Shown here: positions 41,807-50,346 of the stretch, one piece after another
How the letters are laid out: each line of letters opens with the position of its first letter
How positions within the stretch are numbered: position 1 is the first letter of the stretch
Assembly (NCBI GenBank): GCA_019244185.1
Contig: JAFATB010000014.1
Coordinates: 224,001 to 288,000, forward strand
DNA from: Acidobacteriota bacterium
GTDB lineage: Bacteria; Acidobacteriota; Thermoanaerobaculia; Gp7-AA8
Length of the DNA stretch: 64,000 nt
Reading direction: 5' to 3'
Made by a program: the position numbers and the translations under genes
Notes under the pieces: generated by a model
The model's database searches: none
What the model saw: only the letters and a program-made list of their open reading frames with translations
What the model was told of the DNA's origin: nothing

Positions 41807-42203
41807 GGTCCCCTCTTACGAGCGCGAGACACCCGCGGAGGTGTTGCGGCGGATCAAGCGAAACGCGCTCGCGGCGTGCGCCGGATTCGCGGTAATCTCG
41901 TGGTTTTTGGGCGGTTTTCGCGGTCTTCTCGGATTGACTTGCAGTGCAGCGGTGACTATCATCAGCTTCCTTTGGTTGGAGGAGATCGTGACGACTCTCC
42001 TGCAACCGGCGGCACACCTGCACGCTCGGAGGCTGATGTTGCGCACCCTTGCGCGCTTCGCTCTCCTCGGTGTGGCGCTCACGGTCACGATCATCATTGC
42101 TCGTTTCACTGCCTTAAGTGTGTTGTTGGGGTTCTCGGTCATCGTGGTGGGAATCTGCGGCGAAGCTCTGTATTCGCTCTACCGCAGCTTCACTGAGGAG
42201 TAG
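41793..42203 (+). CDS. atpI: ATP synthase protein I
   Basis: Four TM segments, directly before atpB. Confidence 0.7.
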   Translation: MDHREVPSYERETPAEVLRRIKRNALAACAGFAVISWFLGGFRGLLGLTCSAAVTIISFLWLEEIVTTLLQPAAHLHARRLMLRTLARFALLGVALTVTIIIARFTALSVLLGFSVIVVGICGEALYSLYRSFTEE

Positions 42204-42215
42204 CTCGAGAGGTAC

Positions 42216-42917
42216 ATGGAACACGAACACTCAATCCTGTACGGGCCGGTCAATCACTTCTTGAAGCCGCTCCTCGGCTTCGAGGTGCCAGACCACGTGC
42301 TCATGGCGCTCGTGGTGCTGCTCATCAGTTGCATCGTTTTCCCGCTCATGTCGCGCCGCATCAGCCGCGACAACCCGAGCGGCTTCCAGCACATGCTGGA
42401 GATGATCGTCGGCGGTCTCAAGGACCTGCTCGAGGACGTCATCGGCCACGGCGCCGCGGAGAAGTACCTCTACATCATCGGCGCGTTCGCCTGCTTCATC
42501 TTCGTCTCGAACATCTTCGGACTGTTCTTCTTCCTGCAGCCGCCGACGAGCAATCCGAACACGACCTTCGGCCTCGGCCTGACCGCGTTCCTCTACTACA
42601 ACTGGCAGGGCATCAAGACGCAGGGGCTCGGGCATTACCTCAAACACTTCGCCGGCCCGATGCCGCTGCTCGCGCCGCTGATGATCCCCATCGAGATCAT
42701 CGGTCATCTCGCGCGCATCCTCTCGCTGGGCATGCGTCTCTTCGGCAATATCTTCGGCGAGCACACCGCCACCGGGATCTTCATGGGGATGCTGCCGTTC
42801 GTGCTGCCCTGGCCGATGATGGGCCTCGGTATCTTCGGCGCGTTCCTGCAGACGTTCGTCTTCATCATGCTGACGATGGTGTACATCGGCGGAGCCGTCG
42901 CGGCGGAAGAGCACTAG
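42216..42917 (+). CDS. atpB: F0 ATP synthase subunit a
   Basis: PTSN.N, SLGMRLFGNIFGEH, LQTFVF. Confidence 0.95.
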   Translation: MEHEHSILYGPVNHFLKPLLGFEVPDHVLMALVVLLISCIVFPLMSRRISRDNPSGFQHMLEMIVGGLKDLLEDVIGHGAAEKYLYIIGAFACFIFVSNIFGLFFFLQPPTSNPNTTFGLGLTAFLYYNWQGIKTQGLGHYLKHFAGPMPLLAPLMIPIEIIGHLARILSLGMRLFGNIFGEHTATGIFMGMLPFVLPWPMMGLGIFGAFLQTFVFIMLTMVYIGGAVAAEEH

Positions 42918-42975
42918 ATCAACGAAACCAACAGACCTGAACGGTTCGGACTTTTTTCGAAAGGAGAGAATCAGA

Positions 42976-43284
42976 GTGAAGAAGAAACACATCCTGTTTT
43001 CCGTCGTCCTGGCGCTGACGTCCTTCTCGGCGTTCGCGCAGGATGCGGTGGCGACGAACCCCGGTGTCCGCTGGGGCGTCATCGGTGCCGCGTTCGTCCT
43101 CGGCATCGCCGCCGCCGCCGGTGCCATCGGCCAGTCGCGCGCGATCGCCGCGTCGGTCGAAGGCATCGCCCGCAACCCCAGCGCCGCCGGCGCGATTCGT
43201 CTCGCGATGATCATCGGTCTCGCGCTCATCGAGTCGCTCGTCATCTACGCGCTGCTCATCGCGTTCTTCGTCTACAAGCTGTAA
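42976..43284 (+). CDS. atpE: F0 ATP synthase subunit c with signal-peptide-like N-terminal extension
   Basis: AAGGAG RBS + GTG; ARNP loop, LALIESLVIY. Confidence 0.95.
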   Translation: MKKKHILFSVVLALTSFSAFAQDAVATNPGVRWGVIGAAFVLGIAAAAGAIGQSRAIAASVEGIARNPSAAGAIRLAMIIGLALIESLVIYALLIAFFVYKL

Positions 43285-43310
43285 TCGCGGCAACGCATCG
43301 CTCGAACGCG

Positions 43311-43345
43311 AAGCCCCGCGCCTCACGGCGCGGGGCTTTTGTTTT
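43311..43345 (+). terminator. intrinsic terminator after atpE
   Basis: AAGCCCCGCGCC-TCAC-GGCGCGGGGCTT then TTGTTTT. Confidence 0.85.
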
Positions 43346-43388
43346 CTCCGGCAGCCTTCTTGCTGACTCTGCTCGCGGAGGTACCACC

Positions 43389-43556
43389 GTGAGCTGGTTC
43401 AATCTCTCGTTCGTCGGCTGGCTGATCGTGATCGTGGCGCTGGCGCTCGTCGCCTACAAGTACGACGTGCCCGGCTTCTGGATCGGTATCGGAGCGCTGC
43501 TGCTGCTCGGCGTGGGGATCATCACGTCGGTCAAACACGCAAAGCCGAGGATCTGA
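43389..43556 (+). CDS. 55-aa two-TM membrane protein (not in ORF track)
   Basis: GGAGG RBS + GTG; MSWFNLSFVGWLIVIVALALVAYKYDVPGFWIGIGALLLLGVGIITSVKHAKPRI; genome-like codon usage. Confidence 0.7.
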   Translation: MSWFNLSFVGWLIVIVALALVAYKYDVPGFWIGIGALLLLGVGIITSVKHAKPRI

Positions 43557-43562
43557 GGCAAC

Positions 43563-43592
43563 AAAAAAGCCGGCGCGGAGAGCGCCGGCTTT
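43563..43592 (-). terminator. intrinsic terminator, probably bidirectional
   Basis: AAAAAAGCCGGCGC-GGAGA-GCGCCGGCTTT between convergent genes. Confidence 0.8.
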
Positions 43593-43621
43593 CGTTGCGG
43601 CAACGAAGTGCGCGTGTTGAA

Positions 43622-44632
43622 CTAGTGGTCGCTGACGAGGCGGCGGATCGCGTCGACGGCCGCGGAGCTCGTGAGCTCGTCGTCGAGCGCCAGCGCGCGC
43701 GGATCGCTCCAGGCGCCGTCCTTGAGAATCGCGTAGCGCACGGCATGACCGTCGCCGACGTAGAACGCCAGGTGGTCATTGTCGTCGTAGATCCCGCCCA
43801 TGGTGCTGTTGGCCTGCATGCCGAGCGTCGGCGCGGGGAAGCCGCCTTCGCTGCGGCCGCCCGGAACGCGGAGGCGTCCGTTGGTCTCGACCTTGTGCGG
43901 CGTCACGCGGACTTCGTGGAACGTGTGCGTCTGCATGTCGCCGTAGACGAGCAGCACGCTGTCCTGCTTCGCCGAGGGGAAGATGAGCGGCTGCTTGAGG
44001 ATCGAGACGTCGACGTTGTCGTTCGCGACCTGATCGGTCTGCGCGACGCGGAAGACATCGAGGTTGATGAAGTCGGTCGACACCGCCTTGCCGCCTTCGA
44101 TCGCGATCATCGCGTAGCGCGCGTTTTCCTTGCCGGTCGACGATTCGAACTCCCACCAGGTGAGGTGGACGCTGATGCCGGCGGAGAGGTTGCCTTCATC
44201 GTCGGTGACGCGCTTGGTCACAGCGATGCGCAGGTTTTCGCGGTAATCGAACGGATGGCCGAACGCCGTGGTCTCGCTCCAGTTGCCCTGCGCGTCGAGC
44301 GACGCGAACAGCAGCTCGCTCGAGAAGAGATCGTGATGATGGACCCAGAAGACGAACAGCGTCTGCGATTCGGCGTCGTACGCGAGCGCCGGATTCTCGT
44401 GCTGGCCGCCGTTCGTCGTGGCCGGCACCAGCTGGTGCGAGACCTCGCCATCGTGACGGGTCGTGAGCACGAGCGGAAGCGACGCGCCGCCGGTGGGATC
44501 GGTCGTGTCGGTCGCCGCCTGCGTCTCGATCGAGTACAGCGTGCCGTCCGGGGTGAGCAAAGCCTCCGGCGACTGCGCGCTCGCGAAGAGCGGCAGAAAC
44601 AGAAGGGCGGCGAACAACGCGAGTTTCTTCAT
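43622..44632 (-). CDS. secreted hypothetical protein, beta-rich
   Basis: MKK + hydrophobic + ASA-Q signal; ATGA overlap with the TPR gene. Confidence 0.7.
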   Translation of the reverse strand: MKKLALFAALLFLPLFASAQSPEALLTPDGTLYSIETQAATDTTDPTGGASLPLVLTTRHDGEVSHQLVPATTNGGQHENPALAYDAESQTLFVFWVHHHDLFSSELLFASLDAQGNWSETTAFGHPFDYRENLRIAVTKRVTDDEGNLSAGISVHLTWWEFESSTGKENARYAMIAIEGGKAVSTDFINLDVFRVAQTDQVANDNVDVSILKQPLIFPSAKQDSVLLVYGDMQTHTFHEVRVTPHKVETNGRLRVPGGRSEGGFPAPTLGMQANSTMGGIYDDNDHLAFYVGDGHAVRYAILKDGAWSDPRALALDDELTSSAAVDAIRRLVSDH

Positions 44633-45510
44633 AGTTTGAGGTTCACCATCGACCGCAGGTCGATGGCGAAGAGCAGATGCTTGAGGTTGCGGAACTGCGG
44701 ATAGAACTTCGCGAGCTGCGTGAAGTGATGGTCGGCTCCGTCCGGATCGCCCGACTTGTAGCAGGCTTCGCCGAGGAGGTAGTGAGCGTTGCGGACCTGC
44801 CGCTGATCCTTCGCGATGGCGAGACCCGCCTCACCGTAGTGAAGCGCTTTCTCGAAGTCGCCCTGTTCGAGGTAGCCGTAGCAGAGATCGATGTACGCCT
44901 CGGCGCGGCCGATCGGATCGGAGAGCATCTCCGCCGCCTCGTGCACGTACGCGAGCCCGTCCTCGATCCGTCCCTGCAGCAGCAGGCAGTAGCCGAGGTT
45001 CTCGACCGCGTATCCGTGCGAGAGGTCTTTTTCGTTGAGGGGTGATTCCTCGGAGATCGCCAGCGATTCCTGGAAGCATTCGATCGCGGTGGGAATCTGC
45101 GAGTCGAGCTCGTAGATGTTCCCGAGCTCGAGGAGAACGATGCGGCGCCACGACGCTTCGCCCGCTTCTTCCGCGGTGCGGAGCGCGAGCTGCCCGTAGA
45201 AGAGCGCGCGCTTCAGATCGTTCTCGAGGCGGTGCTTGTACTGCAGCGCGTACGCCGCGAGGTACACGTGGCGAAGGTTGCGCCGGCGCATGATCACGCG
45301 CGGCAGCTCCGCCACTTCGGGACCGGTGCGTTCGAGTGCGACGAGCGCGTCCGCCTTGTTGATCGTGATCAACTCGCGGAGCTCGTCGTCGTTGGTGAGC
45401 GTGAGCGCCTCGTCGTACAGATCGAGCGCCGCCTCGTATTCGCCCGCGCGAACGCGGGTGCGCGCGAGCTGGCGCAGCTCTTCGACGCGCTGGATTTGTT
45501 CGTTAAGCAT
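44629..45510 (-). CDS. cytoplasmic TPR protein
   Basis: Repeated LG..Y/A helical hairpins; no signal peptide; GGAGG upstream of ATG 45510. Confidence 0.8.
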   Translation of the reverse strand: MLNEQIQRVEELRQLARTRVRAGEYEAALDLYDEALTLTNDDELRELITINKADALVALERTGPEVAELPRVIMRRRNLRHVYLAAYALQYKHRLENDLKRALFYGQLALRTAEEAGEASWRRIVLLELGNIYELDSQIPTAIECFQESLAISEESPLNEKDLSHGYAVENLGYCLLLQGRIEDGLAYVHEAAEMLSDPIGRAEAYIDLCYGYLEQGDFEKALHYGEAGLAIAKDQRQVRNAHYLLGEACYKSGDPDGADHHFTQLAKFYPQFRNLKHLLFAIDLRSMVNLKL

Positions 45511-45859
45511 CGACCCCGCCCTCCCCCCCATCGAACTCACCCGAGTCTTCCTGCGCGCGCTTGAACTCGATGAAGCTCTCGACTTCCTTCTGCGCGTTCA
45601 GAGACAGCGAACGGTACTTTTCGAGCACGCTGTTCGTCCGCCCCGTCTCGTCAAAGAAGTCTCCGATGCTCAGATCGAAGCACTGCAGGATTTTGAGCAG
45701 CGTGTCGAGACCAACTTTGTACTCGCCCTGTTCCATGCGCGAAAGGTCGGACTGATGGATGCCGATCTTCTCGGCGAGCTCCACCTGCGTCAGCTTGCGC
45801 TGCCGGCGGAGTTGACGGATCTTCCGTCCTACGAGTTCGAGTTGTGCTGGCCTGTTCAT
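45503..45859 (-). CDS. XRE-family HTH regulator
   Basis: IRQLRRQRKLTQVELAEKIGIHQSDLSRMEQG. Confidence 0.9.
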   Translation of the reverse strand: MNRPAQLELVGRKIRQLRRQRKLTQVELAEKIGIHQSDLSRMEQGEYKVGLDTLLKILQCFDLSIGDFFDETGRTNSVLEKYRSLSLNAQKEVESFIEFKRAQEDSGEFDGGEGGVDA

Positions 45860-45870
45860 CGCGTGGTTCG

Positions 45871-45899
45871 TTGACTTTTATGCTATTGAACAATAAAGT
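45871..45899 (+). promoter_or_regulatory. sigma70-type promoter for wzm with palindromic operator candidate
   Basis: TTGACT-N17-TAAAGT; TATTG-AA-CAATA at 45884-45895. Confidence 0.6.
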
Positions 45900-45914
45900 G
45901 ACGCAACTTTCAAT

Positions 45915-46718
45915 ATGCGGGCTGGGATTCTTCCTGTCAAGCCCGAAGGGCTCGCCAACACGTACGCCAGATTGCACCTGCTCCGCGAGCTGATCAAACG
46001 TGACTTCAACGCGCGTTTCACCGGCTCGGCTCTCGGCCTTGCCTGGGCCGTCCTCCAACCCCTCAGCCTCGTCGCGCTCTACTGGTTCGTCTTCACCTTC
46101 ATGATTCCCGGCGGCCGCGCCGGCGGCAGGGGAGACACCTACATCTATTTTCTCATCGCCGGGCTGCTCCCGTGGCTCGGCGTGAACGAAGGGCTGATCC
46201 GCTCGACCACGTCGATCGTCGACAACTCTTCGGTCGTGCGCCGTCTCCCGCTCCGCAGCGAGCTGCTCGTGATCGTCCCGAACGCGTCGGCGCTCATCTT
46301 CGAATGCGTCGGCCTGGCGATCTTCCTCGCGGCGCTCGTCGCGCGCGGCATGTCGCTCCGCTCGCTCTGGCTGCTGCCGCTCGCGCTCGCGCTGCAGCTC
46401 GTGCTGCAGCTCGGTGTCGGATTTTTCCTCGCCGCGCTCTACGTCTTCTTCCGCGACCTCACGCAGATCATCGGCTTTCTGCTCTCGATCGTTTTCTATC
46501 TGAGCCCGATCCTCTACCCCGTCGGCGGGCGATACGAGAAGTTCTTCTTCTGGAATCCGATGACCGCGCTGCTCGGTTTGTTCCGCAGCGCCATGCTCGC
46601 CTCCCCGTTACCTGACGCCGCCTCGCTCGTCTTCTTACTGTTCGTTGCGACGACGCTGCTCGGTGCGGGCCTTCTTTTTTTCCGGCGGGCGCAGCCGACG
46701 CTGGTCGATCTCATCTAA
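45915..46718 (+). CDS. wzm: ABC-2 glycan exporter permease (Wzm/TagG type)
   Basis: RDFNARFTGSALG..W, FFRDL, FYLSPILYP, NP. Confidence 0.9.
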   Translation: MRAGILPVKPEGLANTYARLHLLRELIKRDFNARFTGSALGLAWAVLQPLSLVALYWFVFTFMIPGGRAGGRGDTYIYFLIAGLLPWLGVNEGLIRSTTSIVDNSSVVRRLPLRSELLVIVPNASALIFECVGLAIFLAALVARGMSLRSLWLLPLALALQLVLQLGVGFFLAALYVFFRDLTQIIGFLLSIVFYLSPILYPVGGRYEKFFFWNPMTALLGLFRSAMLASPLPDAASLVFLLFVATTLLGAGLLFFRRAQPTLVDLI

Positions 46719-46737
46719 TCCTTTTCAGGAGATAAGC

Positions 46738-48498
46738 ATGTCAGTTCGTAAGGTTCTCCCGGTCGTCATCACTTTGACTGCGCTCGCGACCGCGCTCGCC
46801 GGCGTACCGGCGCAGGCGCAGGCAACCGCGCCCGCTTCTTCCGCGCCCGCGGCGACGACGACCGCGAATGCCGCAGCCGTTCCCGACGGCGGAACGCCTC
46901 ACTACATCCGCCCCGAGACGCCGCAGCAGCGCCAGGACCGGCTCGGGACCATCTCGGATCCGGGATCGAATCCCGATCCGAACGTGGTGTGGTCGCGGTT
47001 CGGCCGTCGCTTCAAGATCGAGCGCTTCGAGAAGAAGTGGGCGCGCGCCGTGCCGCAGCCGGGCTGGATCCGTCCCGTCGGCAACGTCAACTTCGTCGAA
47101 GAGATCTACCAGGAAAACGAAAAGTACGTCTGGGCGTGGATCGAAGAGCCCGAAGAAGAAAACCCGGCGGCGGCCGCGGCCGCGGAGATCAAGGAACACG
47201 GGACGGCGAAGGAAGTCTCGGATGTGGCGGTGAAGTACTACAACGACTTCCGCAACGACTTCACGCCGCTCGATCCGCCGAAGTCCGGCGTCACCGTCAA
47301 GTTCGAGGAGTCGTCGAAGGGACTGCCGACCGAAGGCTCGTGGCGCAACGCGCTCGCCGTCGCGGACATGAACGAAGACGGCAATCCTGATCTCGTCCTT
47401 CCGCCGCAGCGCGGCGAGGCGACCTCGCCGGCGATCTTCCTCGGCGACGGTAAGGGTCACTGGCAGCGCTGGGACATCAAGTGGCCGCGCCGCTTCAACT
47501 ACGGCTCCGTCATCGTGGCGGACTTCAACAAAGACAAGCACATGGATCTGGCGTTCGCGGTGCATCTCACCGGCATCGCCGTGTTCCTCGGCGACGGCAA
47601 GGGCAACTTCCGCGAAGTCACGCAAGGTCTGCCGACGAACTTCCCGACGCGGCGCATCGTCGCGGCGGACGTCGATCACGACGGCTGGACCGACATCGTC
47701 GGCATCAGCGAAGGGCCGATCGGCCGCGGCGCGACGATCTCGAGCGACCTCGGACGCCTGCGCGCGTACCTCAACCGCAAGAAGGGCGAGGCGTGGGAGT
47801 CGGAAGTCATCTCGCAGCGCCAGGATCCGCTCGGCGGCGACTGGCTCACGACGGGCAACTTCAACGGCGACAAGTATCCCGACTTCGCCGGCTCGAGCGT
47901 CTACTTCAACAGCGTTCACACCATCTACCTCAGCGACGGCGCGAACAAGTGGACGATGGCGGACGACCGCGGCGTCATCATCCCGTACCGCTCGTACTAC
48001 TACGGCGTCACGTCGGGGCACTTCACCTCGCGCGACCGCGACGACATCGTGGCCGGCTACTTCCGGCAGTGGCCCTCGAATCTCGATCCTTCGAAGATTC
48101 CGTCGCCGGCGCTCGACAACGTGGTCGGCCTCGATCGCATCTCGTGGACGAGCGGCAAGCCGACGCGCACGTCGATCATGCGCTGGAAGGGCACGATCGT
48201 GGTCGGCGTCGGCCACGGCGACTTCGACGGCGACGGCAACGAGGACATCATCTTCACGCGCAACGAGCCGCGTGAGGCAGTGCTCTTGCTTGGCGACGGG
48301 AAAGGGAACTTCAAGCAGGCCACCATCGAGGGGCTGCCGATATCGCTGCTGCGGAACTACGATCTGACGGTTGCGGATGTGAATCGCGACGGCCGTCCGG
48401 ATGTCATCATCATGTACGAATCGGACTCGCGAACGGCGCTCGCGCCGAAGAACGGCAAGGTTCAGGTGTTCCTGAATCAGGGCGTCGCGGGCAAATAG
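46738..48498 (+). CDS. secreted FG-GAP/VCBS-repeat beta-propeller protein
   Basis: Signal peptide; repeated ADMNEDGNPD/ADFNKDKHMD/GDFDGDGNED and LGDGKG motifs. Confidence 0.85.
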   Translation: MSVRKVLPVVITLTALATALAGVPAQAQATAPASSAPAATTTANAAAVPDGGTPHYIRPETPQQRQDRLGTISDPGSNPDPNVVWSRFGRRFKIERFEKKWARAVPQPGWIRPVGNVNFVEEIYQENEKYVWAWIEEPEEENPAAAAAAEIKEHGTAKEVSDVAVKYYNDFRNDFTPLDPPKSGVTVKFEESSKGLPTEGSWRNALAVADMNEDGNPDLVLPPQRGEATSPAIFLGDGKGHWQRWDIKWPRRFNYGSVIVADFNKDKHMDLAFAVHLTGIAVFLGDGKGNFREVTQGLPTNFPTRRIVAADVDHDGWTDIVGISEGPIGRGATISSDLGRLRAYLNRKKGEAWESEVISQRQDPLGGDWLTTGNFNGDKYPDFAGSSVYFNSVHTIYLSDGANKWTMADDRGVIIPYRSYYYGVTSGHFTSRDRDDIVAGYFRQWPSNLDPSKIPSPALDNVVGLDRISWTSGKPTRTSIMRWKGTIVVGVGHGDFDGDGNEDIIFTRNEPREAVLLLGDGKGNFKQATIEGLPISLLRNYDLTVADVNRDGRPDVIIMYESDSRTALAPKNGKVQVFLNQGVAGK

Positions 48499-48511
48499 CC
48501 ATCATTGGTGC

Positions 48512-48625
48512 TTGCGACGAGGGAGGGGATGCGAGTATATTCGCCGAAATCGGCCAACTGGATATGGGGAAATCGCATAAATTGTGGCGCAGGGTATTGA
48601 CTTCGAGAATAATTCGCCATACTTT
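48512..48625 (+). promoter_or_regulatory. two tandem sigma70-like promoters
   Basis: TTGCGA-N18-TATATT (48512-48541) and TTGACT-N17-TACTTT (48597-48625) in an AT-rich gap. Confidence 0.5.
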
Positions 48626-48765
48626 AGGCGCAGTTCACCAGATTAGCTCGACAACTCTCGTTGTAAGAGATTTGAAACTTTGAACGCGGAGGTGATCGTA
48701 TCGTCTGGATCGGGTGAGCAAACCTTCGTTCGTTTTCAAGTCAACTTGAAGTGTAGGAGATAGAA

Positions 48766-50154
48766 ATGAAAAAGACTTTCGTTTGGGCTTTGATGGCCGC
48801 CCTCGTCGTTTGCGGGTCGGCGTTCGCAGCTCCGGGCGCGGGCGTGGTTGCCAATGCCACGTTCGACACCGGTGCTCCGACGACGACCAACAACGACGAC
48901 AGCTGCGACATCGGAAACGCGCCGGCAGCCACGCTGCTGCTGCCGTATTTCGAAGTCGACATCGTTTCGCCGGCCGGCGCTGGTGAGACGACGCTGTTCA
49001 CGATCACCAACGTGTCCGAGCTTCCGCAGGTGGCGCACGTCACCCTGTGGACGGATTACTCGTTCCCGGTGGTCGACTTCAACATCTTCCTGACCGGTTA
49101 TGACGTCCAGAGCATCAACCTGTACGACATCATCGCGCGCGGCCGCATCGCGCCGAACGCCGGAACGGGTGCCGACAAATCCAATGAAGGCGACCTGTCG
49201 GCTGACGACAACCCGGTCGTCGACGAAGACACCTGCGTGAACCTCCCGGTTCAGCTGTCGCAGGCGTACATCACCCGCATGCAGAGCGCGTTCACGCTCG
49301 GCCGCGTGCCGGCGCTCGGCACCACGCCCGCCTGCAACACGGCGGGTGGCGTGCACACGAATGCCGTTGGTTACGCGACGATCGACGTTGCGGGTCTCTG
49401 CTCGACCTCGCTCCCGATCGACCCGTCCTACTTCGCGACGGAAATTCGCTTCGACAACGTGCTGATCGGCGACTACCAGCAGGTCAACGGCGCGCAGAAC
49501 TTCGCGCAGGGCAACCCGCTCGTCTCGATCCGCGCGATTCCTGAGGGTGGCCTCCCGGGCGCGCTCGACACCAACTTCGATCGCACCTTCTACAGCCGCT
49601 ATCAGGCTGGTGGCACGGCCGACCGCCGTCAGCCGCTTCCGGCCCTCTTCGCCGCCCGCTGGATCTCCGGTGGCGCGACGGGCTTCCAGACCTTCTACAA
49701 GATCTGGCGTGAAGGCCGTACCGGTTCGACCGCTGCCTGCTCTGCGTACCCGACGAACGCGACGCTCGGCATCACCGAGTTCGTCCGCTTCGACGAAGAA
49801 GAGAACCCGACGACCCTCGCTCCGGGAGTCGTCATCTCGCCGCCGATCGAAAGCGCCCCGACGCTGCCTGAGACTTCGCTCACCAGCGCTTCGGACGAGG
49901 CTCTCTATCCGCCGAACCCGACCGCTGCGGTCGCCGGCTGGATGTACATGAACCTCAACTCGGGCGCGCCGGAAATCCCGGCGGAAGTCGCCAGCCAGAA
50001 CTGGGTCGTCGTTTCGATGCGCGCCGAGGGTCGCTTCTCGGTTGACTTCGACGCGTCGTGGCTCGGTAACGGCTGCACGGGTGCCATCGGTCAGAGCAGC
50101 GCGATCAGCGCTCTCGGCGATCCGATCGGACCTGCGCCGAACACCACCCCGTAG
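48766..50154 (+). CDS. secreted protein, candidate abundant surface/S-layer protein
   Basis: AGGAGA RBS; AFA signal; acidic, Thr/Ala/Asn-rich, very few Lys in the mature part; own promoter and terminator. Confidence 0.75.
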   Translation: MKKTFVWALMAALVVCGSAFAAPGAGVVANATFDTGAPTTTNNDDSCDIGNAPAATLLLPYFEVDIVSPAGAGETTLFTITNVSELPQVAHVTLWTDYSFPVVDFNIFLTGYDVQSINLYDIIARGRIAPNAGTGADKSNEGDLSADDNPVVDEDTCVNLPVQLSQAYITRMQSAFTLGRVPALGTTPACNTAGGVHTNAVGYATIDVAGLCSTSLPIDPSYFATEIRFDNVLIGDYQQVNGAQNFAQGNPLVSIRAIPEGGLPGALDTNFDRTFYSRYQAGGTADRRQPLPALFAARWISGGATGFQTFYKIWREGRTGSTAACSAYPTNATLGITEFVRFDEEENPTTLAPGVVISPPIESAPTLPETSLTSASDEALYPPNPTAAVAGWMYMNLNSGAPEIPAEVASQNWVVVSMRAEGRFSVDFDASWLGNGCTGAIGQSSAISALGDPIGPAPNTTP

Positions 50155-50177
50155 TCTGCGCTACATCGCAGTAGCCG

Positions 50178-50211
50178 AAAGGCGGGCCGGATCTCCGGCC
50201 CGCCTTTTTTT
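50178..50211 (+). terminator. intrinsic terminator
   Basis: AAAGGCGGGCCGGA-TC-TCCGGCCCGCCTTT followed by further Ts. Confidence 0.9.
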
Positions 50212-50346
50212 GTATCGGTCGAACGCCACATCCGCGATGTTGCGCTCGACGGGTCCAAAAAATTCGTTTGCAAAGAAACCGATGACGCTTACAATAACAG
50301 TGTCTTTCGTCCACATGTCAGGTAAACCATCCTCGGGGGTGTCGGT

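Noticed and set aside
41793-42203. Lower-GC patch as horizontal transfer
   Set aside because: Confined to atpI, which commonly has atypical codon usage; no mobility signals
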